A stretch of DNA of 64,000 nt from Candidatus Spongiisociaceae bacterium (GCA_965219685.1 CBDCOH010000002.1:1792001-1856000), one strand, 5' to 3'. Counted from the stretch's first letter, positions 45,060-54,423 are shown. Numbers and translations are program-made. Notes: a model not told the origin generated them from the letters alone.

Positions 45060-46444
45060 AGGAAGGAGTGGACGCCGCTGAGGCCCGCGCTAGCCGCGAC
45101 CGCCCTGGCCAGGAAGCGGCCGCGGGCGATCTGGTCTGCTTCGTCGACGGTGGTGAGCCGGCCATCGGCGAGCAACCGGCGCCCGTCCACCCATACGTTG
45201 CTCACCGACTGCGGTCCGGCGCAGTAGACGACCTGCTGGTAGGGATCGTGGATGGCGGCCAACTCGACCGTGGGATCGAGAAGGACGACGTCGGCGCGCT
45301 TTCGCGGTTCGAGGCTGCCGACCCTGCTGTCGATCCCCAATGCTCGGGCCCCTCCGAGCGTTGCCATCTCCAACGCGTCGACGGCGGACATGACGGCCGG
45401 ATCCAGATGATGAACCTTCTGTAGCAGTGCCGCCATCTTCACCGCTTCGAACATGTTCTGGGAGTCGTTGGAGGCTGGTCCGTCCGTGCCGATCCCGACC
45501 GCCAGCCCTGCCGAGACCAGCCGGGCGAGCGGGCAGACTCCGGAACCGAGGATCATGTTGGCGACCGGGTTGTGCGCCACGGACGCGCCATGGGCGGAGA
45601 GCAGGTCGATGTCCTCTTGGGTGATCCATATCAGGTGGGCGGCCAGCATCGGAACGTCGAGAAACCCGAGCGCCGCGGCCTGGGGCACCGGGCGTCTCCC
45701 CCACCGCAGCGAGGCATGAACCACCTCCTCCCTTACCTCCGCCAGATGGGTGTGCACCCCCCAACCGTTCCGGCGGCACGCGGCCGCACCGGCCTCGAGG
45801 AGTCCGTCGGACTGGCCGAGCAGCGTCCCGATCCCGTACCGGAAGTCGAGGAGTTCCGACTCCCCGGCGAGCCGGGCCAGGTCATGTTGCTCGTCTAGGA
45901 CCTCTTCGATCGGCATGGGCGGAGTCTCGCTGGTCCCCCCGAGCGCGTCCTCGGCGCCGAAGCTGACCGTGCCCCGCAACCCCACCTCGCTGAGACCTCC
46001 GGCAACGCCGAGCGAAGCCCTCGTCCCGGGGTTGGAGTGCACGAACATGTCGTTCACGCAGGTGATCCCGCTCCGGATCATCTCGATCGCCTTCAGGCGG
46101 GTCCCCTCCCGGGCCATCTCGGCGGTGAGGCTCTGAGACACAGGAGTGACGATGTCCTCACCCCATTCGTACAGGGTCTTCTCCGAACCCATGCCCGGCA
46201 CCAACGCCTCGGAGAGGTGGGTGTGGACGTTGACCATTCCAGGCATGACGATCCCGAACCCGTCCCCCACCACCGTCGCGGCGGGATCGATGGCCCGCAG
46301 CCGGTTGTAAGGACCGACGTCGGTGATGGCTCCGGCTTCGATACGGACCGCGCCATCCTCCAGCGGGGGACCCCCGCCCATGGTGAGCACCCAGGCACCC
46401 CGAACCACCACCGTCTCCCGGGGCGGCAGGGCGGCCACCGTCAA
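45056..46444 (-). CDS. Amidohydrolase, AtzA/TrzA/SAH-deaminase-like (paralog of 34102-35454)
   Basis: PGMVNVHTH, HTHLAE, HNPVANMILGSG and DGPASN. Confidence 0.88.
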   Translation of the reverse strand: MTVAALPPRETVVVRGAWVLTMGGGPPLEDGAVRIEAGAITDVGPYNRLRAIDPAATVVGDGFGIVMPGMVNVHTHLSEALVPGMGSEKTLYEWGEDIVTPVSQSLTAEMAREGTRLKAIEMIRSGITCVNDMFVHSNPGTRASLGVAGGLSEVGLRGTVSFGAEDALGGTSETPPMPIEEVLDEQHDLARLAGESELLDFRYGIGTLLGQSDGLLEAGAAACRRNGWGVHTHLAEVREEVVHASLRWGRRPVPQAAALGFLDVPMLAAHLIWITQEDIDLLSAHGASVAHNPVANMILGSGVCPLARLVSAGLAVGIGTDGPASNDSQNMFEAVKMAALLQKVHHLDPAVMSAVDALEMATLGGARALGIDSRVGSLEPRKRADVVLLDPTVELAAIHDPYQQVVYCAGPQSVSNVWVDGRRLLADGRLTTVDEADQIARGRFLARAVAASAGLSGVHSFL

Positions 46445-47700
46445 CCTGCGAGCGCAGCGATCGAGGAACCCAGCACTCCGATGAAGCGGTCTACCTCAGC
46501 ACGCCGGATCACCAGCGGCGGTGCGACCCGGACGGTTCCCGCCGAGTTCAGCATCGAACCGACCACCACACCCCTGCGGGCCATGTCGTCGACCAGCGGC
46601 TGGGCCATTCCGGCCGGATCGACGTCGAACGCGCACCACAGTCCGATCCCTCTGATCCCGACCAGGGTCTCGGGGTGCTGCTCCCGGACGGAGCGCAGAC
46701 CGTCCCGGAGGTACTCCCCCATCTCTGTGGCTCGCTCAACCAGGCCGTCCTGCTCGATCACGTCGAAGGCGGCCACCGCCGCCGCGCAGGAGATCGGGTT
46801 GCCCCCGAAGGTGGTCAGGTGCGAGAGAGGCGGGTCCAGGAACGTGGCAAAGATCTCGGCGGTGGAGATGAACGCCCCCAGGGGCAGGCCCCCGCCGAAG
46901 GCCTTGGCGATGGTGATCACGTCCGGGGTTACCCCCCAGTTCTGGCAAGAGAACCAGTGACCCGAGCGTCCCATTCCTCCCTGCACCTCGTCGCAGATCA
47001 GAAGGGCGCCCCGCTCGGAGCACAACTCCCGCAGTCCGGGGAGGAAACCGTCGGACGGGATCCTCACCCCCCCTTCGCCCTGGACCGGCTCCACGATGAC
47101 CGCGGCTATCTCGCCGTCGATGGCGGCATCGGCGGCGTCGAGATCGTCGAAGGGAACGAACCGAACCGGCTGCAGCAGCGGCTCGAAGGGCTTGCGCCAC
47201 TCCTCCTTCCACGTCACGGATAGCGACCCGAGCGTTCGACCGTGGAAGGAACGCTCGAACGCCACGAAACCCGGGCGGCCCGTGTACTTGCGGGCCAGCT
47301 TCAGCGCCCCCTCGGTGGCTTCGGTGCCGGTGCTGGTCAGGAACGCGACATCGAGATCGCCGGGCGTGACGGAAGCGAGGCGCCGGGCGATCTCCACCTG
47401 GGGCGGCAATGTGAAACGGCCGTACACGTCCACATGGGCGAACCGGTCGAGCTGGTCCTTGATCGCCTCCACGACCACTGGGTGGCAATGCCCGACGTTC
47501 GATACCGCAATGCCCGAGATCATGTCCAGCAGGACCTGGCCCTCGGCGGTCTTCAGCGAGCACCCGGCCGCGTCCACGATGACCCTCTCCTTGATACCGG
47601 GCACTGTCTGGCACAGGTGCGCCACGAAGTCGGATCGGTAGGCGTCGGCATCGGATCCGGACATCACCGGCCGGGTGTCGAGTTGTTTGAACCCGGTCAC
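46441..47700 (-). CDS. Class III PLP aminotransferase (acetylornithine/putrescine aminotransferase-like)
   Basis: GTEATEGALK, FHGRT, EPVQGEGG, DEVQGG.GRSG and AKAFGGG. Start at GTG 47700 (overlapping the aldolase stop) or ATG 47664. Confidence 0.9.
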   Translation of the reverse strand: MTGFKQLDTRPVMSGSDADAYRSDFVAHLCQTVPGIKERVIVDAAGCSLKTAEGQVLLDMISGIAVSNVGHCHPVVVEAIKDQLDRFAHVDVYGRFTLPPQVEIARRLASVTPGDLDVAFLTSTGTEATEGALKLARKYTGRPGFVAFERSFHGRTLGSLSVTWKEEWRKPFEPLLQPVRFVPFDDLDAADAAIDGEIAAVIVEPVQGEGGVRIPSDGFLPGLRELCSERGALLICDEVQGGMGRSGHWFSCQNWGVTPDVITIAKAFGGGLPLGAFISTAEIFATFLDPPLSHLTTFGGNPISCAAAVAAFDVIEQDGLVERATEMGEYLRDGLRSVREQHPETLVGIRGIGLWCAFDVDPAGMAQPLVDDMARRGVVVGSMLNSAGTVRVAPPLVIRRAEVDRFIGVLGSSIAALAG

Positions 47701-48401
47701 TGTCCGTGACCCTGACCGGTAGCCGACCGCTCTCCGAAGGTCCGGAGCATCCATCGCTTCGCTCTTACCAGCTCGGCCCCCGAGTCCTCCATCCGCAGTT
47801 TCCACAGCCTCTCGGGTCTGGCCTCCATCCCGAAGAGGGCGCCCCGGGCCTGCACGACCACCCGAGCCCGTTCTTCCAGGAACCAGAGTCGGGTGGCGGC
47901 TTCGAGGAGATCGCCACCGACCGACAGAGCTCCGTTGGCCGCCAGGAGCATGCTGAAGTCGTCGCCCAGCGTCGCCGCTACCCGGTCGGCGTGCTCGTCG
48001 GACTTGACGAGTTCGATCTCCGGATGGACCCGCACCCCCGCGCCTGCGATGCCACCGAGCCCATGGAGAAGGGGCAGCCGCTCGTTGGTGACACCCCATA
48101 CCACGGCGAAGGGAGGATGGCCCCTGCAGATGGCCACGACTCCGGGACGGGCCCGGTAGATGGCATCGTGCATCGGCGCCTCAAGGGGAAGCCGGTCCAC
48201 CGGACCCCCCACCGGAACGCCCGCATCGACCACGACCACGTCCTCGGCCGTGCAATCGGACATGGGACGGGTGCTGGTGATCAGGAAACCTCGCTCGGTT
48301 CGAGCCGATACATGCCCGAACGCTTCGACCAATCCGGCCGACGCAATCATCCGGGCGGTGGCCGCCACGTCGCTACGCCTCGAACGCGAGACCGAGATCA
48401 T
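47697..48401 (-). CDS. Class II aldolase/adducin-family protein (possible decarboxylase)
   Basis: AFGHVSAR and EAPMHDAIYRARP.V.AICRGH; the usual HxH reads RGH and the NHG motif reads ANG. Confidence 0.8.
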   Translation of the reverse strand: MISVSRSRRSDVAATARMIASAGLVEAFGHVSARTERGFLITSTRPMSDCTAEDVVVVDAGVPVGGPVDRLPLEAPMHDAIYRARPGVVAICRGHPPFAVVWGVTNERLPLLHGLGGIAGAGVRVHPEIELVKSDEHADRVAATLGDDFSMLLAANGALSVGGDLLEAATRLWFLEERARVVVQARGALFGMEARPERLWKLRMEDSGAELVRAKRWMLRTFGERSATGQGHGQ

Positions 48402-49429
48402 CGGCTGTCGAGCCAGGCAACGAGGTGGGTCAGGCTCTCCGGAAGGCCGAGTGGGGTGTCGTTGCCGTCGCCCCTCGCGTAGATGGCTCGTACCGCGCCC
48501 GGGGTCGCCTTGCGGCCTTCGGAGCGGAGCCGGACCGCCAGCCGCGTGCGAGCCTCCTCCAGTTGGTCCTGGCTCGGCATGACCGTCACGAGGTCGGGCG
48601 CCGTTTCCAGGACACCCATGAGTTGGACCGGCCCCTCGAGCCCGCTCCGCGACATGGACAAGCCCTCCGCTCTCCGGAAGGCCCGGTCGGCCAGGAAGCT
48701 GCGATGTGTCAAGCCCGGAGACACCCAGGCGCCGATCGCCGCGTAGTACGGAGACAGCCTCGTCAGTGACTTCGCGATCACTTCTGCCAGGTAGTTGTGA
48801 GTCTCGGCGTAGGCTTGCCGTTCCGCGGGTCCCCACCTCCACTTGCCGTTGCTCAACGGGACGGCGGTGCAGTCCTCCCGCTCGGGCGAGACCGAGGTGC
48901 CCCTCGCCTCGAAGAGTCCGGGATCGTCGTAGGCAGCAGCCGGACTCCGACGCCCCTCCCAGTAGTAGATGTTGGAGTAGGGCACGATCGCCAGAGGTTC
49001 CGAAAGCACGAAACGGTCCAGGTACACGTTCCCCTTCTGCAGGGGACCGTCGTGCACCAGAGCCGGATGCTCACCTTCATCCAGGTAGTCGTGCAGGTCT
49101 ACGGGTGCCGCGGATGCACCGTGCGGCGCCCAGCCTGCCGCCAGCAGCGCCCCGTTGATGGCGCGATGCTCACGACTCGTCGAATACGGCTTGAACTTCG
49201 TGCAGGGGATCAGCAGCGCGACGCGACGGGCACCCGCCGCCGTGTCGGGCGGCGCCCACCGGTCCGCCACGTACTCGTGGAATGCGGCCACCTCGGGATG
49301 GCTCATCGCATCCCGATTGGCCTGCGGGGAGTAGAACCGCAGTGACGGATCCAACTCGAACGGTGGACGGATCTTTCGCGCCGACTCGTCCCAGCGGGAG
49401 TCGATCGTCGCTTGCTCTGTGATGGTCAT
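48398..49429 (-). CDS. Hypothetical protein with an archaeosine synthase (ArcS/DUF5591)-like domain
   Basis: LLIPCTKFKPYSTSREH and LSEPLAIVP...PAAAYD resemble the PCxxxKPYxxSxxH and SPLGxVP...YD motifs; GGGAGG RBS. Confidence 0.6.
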   Translation of the reverse strand: MTITEQATIDSRWDESARKIRPPFELDPSLRFYSPQANRDAMSHPEVAAFHEYVADRWAPPDTAAGARRVALLIPCTKFKPYSTSREHRAINGALLAAGWAPHGASAAPVDLHDYLDEGEHPALVHDGPLQKGNVYLDRFVLSEPLAIVPYSNIYYWEGRRSPAAAYDDPGLFEARGTSVSPEREDCTAVPLSNGKWRWGPAERQAYAETHNYLAEVIAKSLTRLSPYYAAIGAWVSPGLTHRSFLADRAFRRAEGLSMSRSGLEGPVQLMGVLETAPDLVTVMPSQDQLEEARTRLAVRLRSEGRKATPGAVRAIYARGDGNDTPLGLPESLTHLVAWLDSR

Positions 49430-49447
49430 GGTTGCCTCCCGTCAGGT

Positions 49448-50050
49448 TCACCCATCCCGGACTCTCATCAGCATGGAGGTGGGATTGAAGTCATTGCACG
49501 GGGTCAGATCCTGGGGACAGGCCGAGAGCAGCACGACCAGATCCTCATGGACCTGCAGGGTGATGGTGGCACCGGCCTCGTGGGCGGCCCGGTCGGTCAC
49601 CACGTCCCCGTCGTCGGTGACGCGGTTGTGCATGAAGACGTTCCAGGCGGTCTCGCCGTACAACTCCACATCCTCGCCCAGCAGGTCCCGGGCCTGCTCG
49701 AGGTTGGCCAAGCAGTGAGGATGGTCGTCCAGGTCGTAGTCCCGCTTGAAACGTTCATGGTCGCAGCAGGGAACGATGATGTCGTGCTTTTCCACGTCGT
49801 CCCGCACGATCGTGAAGACCGGGTTGCGGTGGTTGGAGAACAGCTGCGAGCCGGTCGCGAGCAGGATCGAAGCGTTGCACGAAACGGTATGGGTCGGGGA
49901 CAGGTACTCGGCGGGATCGTTGCGGAACCACGCGATCAGGTCACCCACCTGGTGGCCTTCAAGATCGACGATATCGAGCAGTTGGCCCTTCTCGACATAC
50001 ACACCCCGGCCCTCCCGAGCCGGGACGATCACTTCAGTTGCTCGTCCCAT
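49448..50050 (-). CDS. DUF1989 / urea carboxylase-associated family protein
   Basis: GQLL.IVDLEG.QVGD, HDII..CC, CLANL and LSACPQD...CN. Confidence 0.88.
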   Translation of the reverse strand: MGRATEVIVPAREGRGVYVEKGQLLDIVDLEGHQVGDLIAWFRNDPAEYLSPTHTVSCNASILLATGSQLFSNHRNPVFTIVRDDVEKHDIIVPCCDHERFKRDYDLDDHPHCLANLEQARDLLGEDVELYGETAWNVFMHNRVTDDGDVVTDRAAHEAGATITLQVHEDLVVLLSACPQDLTPCNDFNPTSMLMRVRDG

Positions 50051-50060
50051 TCTTCCATCT

Positions 50061-50226
50061 CCAGTTGGTCCCGTTGCCCGTTGCCCGTGTACGGCTACCA
50101 CACCTAGCTAGCTCATCGTGGTCGGTCCTAGCCCGGAAGGCGAGTACCCTCCAGAATTCGCCACCATTCACCATTCACCATTCACCATTCACCACTCACC
50201 ACTCACCACTCACCACTCACCACTCA
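50061..50226. repeat. Composite heptamer element, copy B
   Basis: CCMGTTG heptamers, a core homologous to 41355-41428, then (CACCATT)x4 (CACCACT)x5 at 50162-50224. Confidence 0.9.
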
Positions 50227-51411
50227 AACATGGGCTGATCCGGGGAGTTCGCCTACCTCGGGGGTGACCGTGACCTGGCGGGCCGCCGCGGGGGTGTTCC
50301 GGCTGCGGAGGGCTCTGATGCGCCCGTCGATGAGCACCGCGCTGATACCGGGAATGTCGCCTCGTGCCAGCGCCCCGAGCGCGTCGCCTCCGTATGAGCC
50401 CCACGGGGCGTCGGCGATTACGAGATCGGCTGGCCGGCCCACCTCGATCTTTCCGGCCTCCAGGTCATAGACATCGGCGGTGACGCCCGAGGCCCACGCC
50501 CAGACAACTGCCGGGTCGGCGTCGGACAGGGAGGACAGTTCGGCCATCGTCTTGACAACACCCAGGGGCATGACACCGGTTCCGGTGGGAGTGTCCGACC
50601 CGATGATGACCCGGTGTTCGGCGCCGCTCTCGAGCGCTGCGTTCACAATCTTGATCGCGCTGCGGACGTTGCCCGCCTGCACGATCTGGAGAACGAGATC
50701 GGTGTTCCGGACGATCTCGAGAACCCCGTCGTCATCGAGGGAGGAGGGACCACCGTTGACGTGACCGCACACGTCGGGCTTGAGCAGCATCAGGTGCTCG
50801 GTGGTGATCGGCTTGGATCCCGGGATCGAAGCGCCTCCCGAGTGGCACATCACCCGGATTCCGACCTCCTGTGCGGCCTGCACCTGTGGCAGGCCGTCGG
50901 CAGGATCCGCGTAGCGGCCGAACCCGAATTTGGCGAGGCGAACACCCTGTTCCGCCAGGTAGCGAAAGTGCTCCGGTTCCAGGGTGGGCTCCAGAACCAC
51001 CGCGCCCCCATGGACCTTCATGCCGTTGGGCCGGTAGTTGCTCCACGAGCGCTGGGCGAACACTGCGAGGGCGACGACCCCGTCGGCGTCGTGCGGTCTC
51101 CCCGGAGCGTGGATCTCCCCAGGAGAGATCGCCTGGGTGATTCCCCCGTGCACGTAGGAACTGAGAAAACCGACCACGTTCTGGCGGGGCGTGAAGTCGC
51201 CGATGACCACATGGCAATGGGAATCGATCAGGCCGGGGCCCACCGTGGCCCCGTTGGCGTCGATGACCTGGTCGGCCTGCTGGGATCCCGCCGCGGACCC
51301 GATCGAGGCGAACCGCCCGTCCTCGATGAGCAACGCCTCGGCGTCACGAACCGGCTGGCCGAGGTCGCCCGTAACCAGGGTTCCGATGTTGATGACCGCG
51401 GTCCGAGACAA
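50224..51411 (-). CDS. Enamidase-like amidohydrolase
   Basis: NIG.LV.GD...P, PGLIDSHCH...GDFTPRQ, HGG.T..IS.GE.H.PGRP.D, KVHGGAV.LE, HSGGASIPGS, HVNGGP and GSDTPTG match my recollection of the nicotinate-fermentation enamidase. Confidence 0.85.
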   Translation of the reverse strand: MSRTAVINIGTLVTGDLGQPVRDAEALLIEDGRFASIGSAAGSQQADQVIDANGATVGPGLIDSHCHVVIGDFTPRQNVVGFLSSYVHGGITQAISPGEIHAPGRPHDADGVVALAVFAQRSWSNYRPNGMKVHGGAVVLEPTLEPEHFRYLAEQGVRLAKFGFGRYADPADGLPQVQAAQEVGIRVMCHSGGASIPGSKPITTEHLMLLKPDVCGHVNGGPSSLDDDGVLEIVRNTDLVLQIVQAGNVRSAIKIVNAALESGAEHRVIIGSDTPTGTGVMPLGVVKTMAELSSLSDADPAVVWAWASGVTADVYDLEAGKIEVGRPADLVIADAPWGSYGGDALGALARGDIPGISAVLIDGRIRALRSRNTPAAARQVTVTPEVGELPGSAHV

Positions 51412-51421
51412 TCCGGGACCC

Positions 51422-52003
51422 CTAACGCAGTCCGTCCTCGCCTATGACGTCCTCGGCCATCAAGCCCCCCAGCCGCGCGTTCGGGCGTCCGCGGTTGGCC
51501 GCCGCTACCGCCACCACGACCTCGTCGGGCCGGGGAGCATCTCCGGGATTCAAGGTGACCGCGTCGTAGTTGTCGCGCACGTAGAGGGCGTCCTTGTGAG
51601 CAAGGGGGATAGTGATCGGGGTACCGGCAGCTCCGACGATGGTGGCGGACGACATCCAGGCCACCCCGCCGCCGACCTCCTCGCGCAGGGGATTGGCGAA
51701 GGCGGTGGAAAGGAACATCACCACATGTTCCTGGGAACCGGCCAGCCCCGCTATCCCACCCTTCCCGTAGGACTGGACCGGGTCGCCGAGTGCTTCCGTG
51801 GCCATCACCCCCAACCGCAAGCCCAGACCGGCGGAGAATGCGACAGCTTCCGACAGATCCTCGTGGTAGGCGCCCGCGTACGGGTTGTGGATGACGGCCG
51901 CCACTATCACCTTCCGCAGCGGCGGATCGGCCCTGATGCCCTCCCGGCTTCGCTCCTCCTCGATCTGGGTGATGAACTTGCGGATCGGGAACTCGAGACT
52001 CAA
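51422..52003 (-). CDS. Amino-acid-synthesis family protein (AA_synth, function unknown)
   Basis: AAVIHNPYAG, SYGKGG..G..G, IPLAHKD and DAPRPDE...GRP.AR. Confidence 0.8.
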   Translation of the reverse strand: MSLEFPIRKFITQIEEERSREGIRADPPLRKVIVAAVIHNPYAGAYHEDLSEAVAFSAGLGLRLGVMATEALGDPVQSYGKGGIAGLAGSQEHVVMFLSTAFANPLREEVGGGVAWMSSATIVGAAGTPITIPLAHKDALYVRDNYDAVTLNPGDAPRPDEVVVAVAAANRGRPNARLGGLMAEDVIGEDGLR

Positions 52004-52755
52004 AGGGACTCCCTCCTGGCTGCGTCGGCAGCCGGCGGGTAGGTGCGGTCGAACAGTCCCTCTTCCAGGCCGTCCAGGTAGTCGAGGACGTCCTCGAGGT
52101 CCGTGACGTCCACATACTTCATGTGCAGGTCGAACAGGGTGATCTTGTGGGACACCTCCCCGCGGTCGAACACCGCCTCGTGCGGGATGGTGACGAGAAA
52201 ATCGTAGGACAGGGCGTCGACGGCGCTGGCCCGGACGCAGCCGCTGGTGGTGGTGCCGGTCAGGATCAGCGAATCGGCTCCCATCATGTTCAGGTGGCTC
52301 ACCAGGGGCGTCCCGAAGAAGGCGGACGGTTTGCGCTTCTCTATGAACAGGTCGCCGGGCTCCGGCCCGATCTCTGCCACGATCTCGTTGCCCTTGTGGC
52401 CCATGACGTCTACCTCATCCTCGGACCGGGTGCTCTTCAGGGTCCACACGCCGAGGTCGAAGCCATCGGAGCGCCGCGGGTTGGTCGTGTAGATCACCGG
52501 AAGGCGCTTGCGACGGGCCACGTCGAGTATGCGGCGGATCGCCGGGATCCCGCGCTCCCAGGCCTCGGGACCGCAGGCGTAGCGCCACTTCTTGATCGAC
52601 TCGAGGATCGGCTCGGCCCGGTCGCCGCAGAAGTTGTAGTTGACATCGATCACCATGATCGCCGGCCGTTTCCCGTATCCGGCCCGTTTGCCCCAGCCGG
52701 CCTCCTCGAAGACGACCCGGTCGGTGTCGGTGAGCACGTCGTCCCAGATCGGCAT
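52000..52755 (-). CDS. Isochorismatase-family amidase (N-carbamoylsarcosine amidase / maleamate amidase-like)
   Basis: GYGKRPA.MVID, KRKPSAFFGT and TTTSGCVRAS (Asp-Lys-Cys triad); KYVDV. Confidence 0.88.
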   Translation of the reverse strand: MPIWDDVLTDTDRVVFEEAGWGKRAGYGKRPAIMVIDVNYNFCGDRAEPILESIKKWRYACGPEAWERGIPAIRRILDVARRKRLPVIYTTNPRRSDGFDLGVWTLKSTRSEDEVDVMGHKGNEIVAEIGPEPGDLFIEKRKPSAFFGTPLVSHLNMMGADSLILTGTTTSGCVRASAVDALSYDFLVTIPHEAVFDRGEVSHKITLFDLHMKYVDVTDLEDVLDYLDGLEEGLFDRTYPPAADAARRESL

Positions 52756-52757
52756 GG

Positions 52758-54368
52758 TCAACCGCCCCTCACACTGCGGTATCTGGTCGTCTCGGGGGCG
52801 AACCCCGGACGGTCGAACTCGTCGGCCAGCCACCGGTCGGTAGGCGCCACCCGCACCGGGCTCACGGGATCCATCATCCGGGTCGCAGCCCGGAGCGAGC
52901 GGGGTAGGTACTCCCCTCTCGGCTCGCCTACCGGACGCATCCCCGGCGAGTCGTCGGCCCACTCGGCCGAGATCTCTCCGCGCAGGATGGTCATGATGGG
53001 CCAGCCGGTGAAGTCGTGGCCTTCCATGATCGACCAACCCGACCGGGTGTTGATGTGCTCCTTGCCGACGGTCACCTCCCTGCCGAGGTCGATGATCACC
53101 ATGTCGGCGTCGAAACCGGGCAGGAGCGAACCCTTCTGGCCCCAGAGCCCGGAGGTCTTCGCCGGGTTCTCGCAGCTGACCTGGACCGCCCGCTCGAGAC
53201 TGATGCGGCCCTTGTTAACCCCTTCCGAGAGCATCACCGGCAGGAACAGTTCCACACGGGAGAATCCCGTCCGGCAGTCCCAGATGACCGGGTTGTACAT
53301 CTCCTCGTGAGAGGACGGCTCCCATCCGACCACGTGGTCGGAGCCGACCACATCGACGGTCCCGTCGGCGAGGGCCACCCAGAGGGCTTCGATGTTGTCG
53401 CGCCGGCGGAGCGGGACGTTGATGCGCCAGCCGTACTCGGGTTCGGCCCACAGCCAGGGAGGTCCGGTCTGGGCGTAGAGCTCGAGTCCTTCGGCCCGCG
53501 CCCTTGCCACCTCCTCGAACGACAGCCTGGTCGTGCAGTGCTGCAGGTACAGGGGCACGTTGCCCGGGGTCTGCATGGCGAGGTATGCGTAGGAGCGGAT
53601 GTGGTGCGCCTCCAGGAAGTCGGGCGACCGGTCGGTCCAGGACCCGAAGTCGGTTCTCCCGCTCTCGCGGAGGCGGTCCTCGAAAATACGGCCGATCTCC
53701 CAGTTCTCCGGATGGATGTGGACGATCCCCGGACGTCCTATATGGGCGACCTCTTCCATCACCATGAATACGGTGCCGTCGTCGATGCCCTCCCCGAGAC
53801 CGGCCCTCCGCGACGGCCAGTTGGTGTCCGTGTCGTCGCCGAAACCCTTCATGGAACGGGTCTGGAGGTACAGCTTGAAGGAGGTGACGCCGTGCTCCTC
53901 CGCGTACTGGGGGATCTCCCGGGCATGCTCGTCTGTCTCGAGCATGTACGTGAGGTAGGCGTCCACGTGGCTCACCTCGTTGATCACGTCCCGCCCCGAC
54001 GGGAACGACTCGTTGAACGAGACCACATCGGCCCTGGCCACGACTTCCTTGAACGGTTTGGTACCGAGACGGGTGGTGGGCGCCTGGATACCCCACGTGG
54101 TGATGCCCGCCGTGGCCGCCGCCCTCGACTCGGTGGTCATGTCGTAGTCGAATGGCACGTAACACCCGGGATGCGCCTCGGAATCGACCACCCCCGGAAG
54201 GACGTAGTTGCCACGAGCGTCGATCGTCCGCGCAGCTGCCGGCAGCAGTTCTTCGGGCGCCAGAACGGCCACCTTGCCGTCCTTGACCCCGACTGCAACC
54301 CGGTACCGCCCTCCGCCGAGTACGACCGTCCCGTTGACTACTGCGAGATCGAGAGGTTCTCGTGCCAT
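52758..54368 (-). CDS. Cyclic amidohydrolase (allantoinase/dihydropyrimidinase-like), ExH variant
   Basis: PGVVDSEAHPG, TSFKLY, HPEN, QHCT, NVPLR, GSDH and GFDAD; start at ATG 54368 after GGGAG/GGAG. Confidence 0.85.
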   Translation of the reverse strand: MAREPLDLAVVNGTVVLGGGRYRVAVGVKDGKVAVLAPEELLPAAARTIDARGNYVLPGVVDSEAHPGCYVPFDYDMTTESRAAATAGITTWGIQAPTTRLGTKPFKEVVARADVVSFNESFPSGRDVINEVSHVDAYLTYMLETDEHAREIPQYAEEHGVTSFKLYLQTRSMKGFGDDTDTNWPSRRAGLGEGIDDGTVFMVMEEVAHIGRPGIVHIHPENWEIGRIFEDRLRESGRTDFGSWTDRSPDFLEAHHIRSYAYLAMQTPGNVPLYLQHCTTRLSFEEVARARAEGLELYAQTGPPWLWAEPEYGWRINVPLRRRDNIEALWVALADGTVDVVGSDHVVGWEPSSHEEMYNPVIWDCRTGFSRVELFLPVMLSEGVNKGRISLERAVQVSCENPAKTSGLWGQKGSLLPGFDADMVIIDLGREVTVGKEHINTRSGWSIMEGHDFTGWPIMTILRGEISAEWADDSPGMRPVGEPRGEYLPRSLRAATRMMDPVSPVRVAPTDRWLADEFDRPGFAPETTRYRSVRGG

Positions 54369-54384
54369 CGCTCCAAACTCCCGT

Positions 54385-54414
54385 CTGTGTATCTTGTCAG
54401 CAACAGAGACAGTA
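54385..54414 (-). promoter_or_regulatory. -10 box plus candidate operator of the 54368-41627 operon
   Basis: On the - strand: TACTGT, ctc, TGTTGCTGACA-AGATACACAGA. Confidence 0.5.
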
Positions 54415-54423
54415 GCCCATCGT

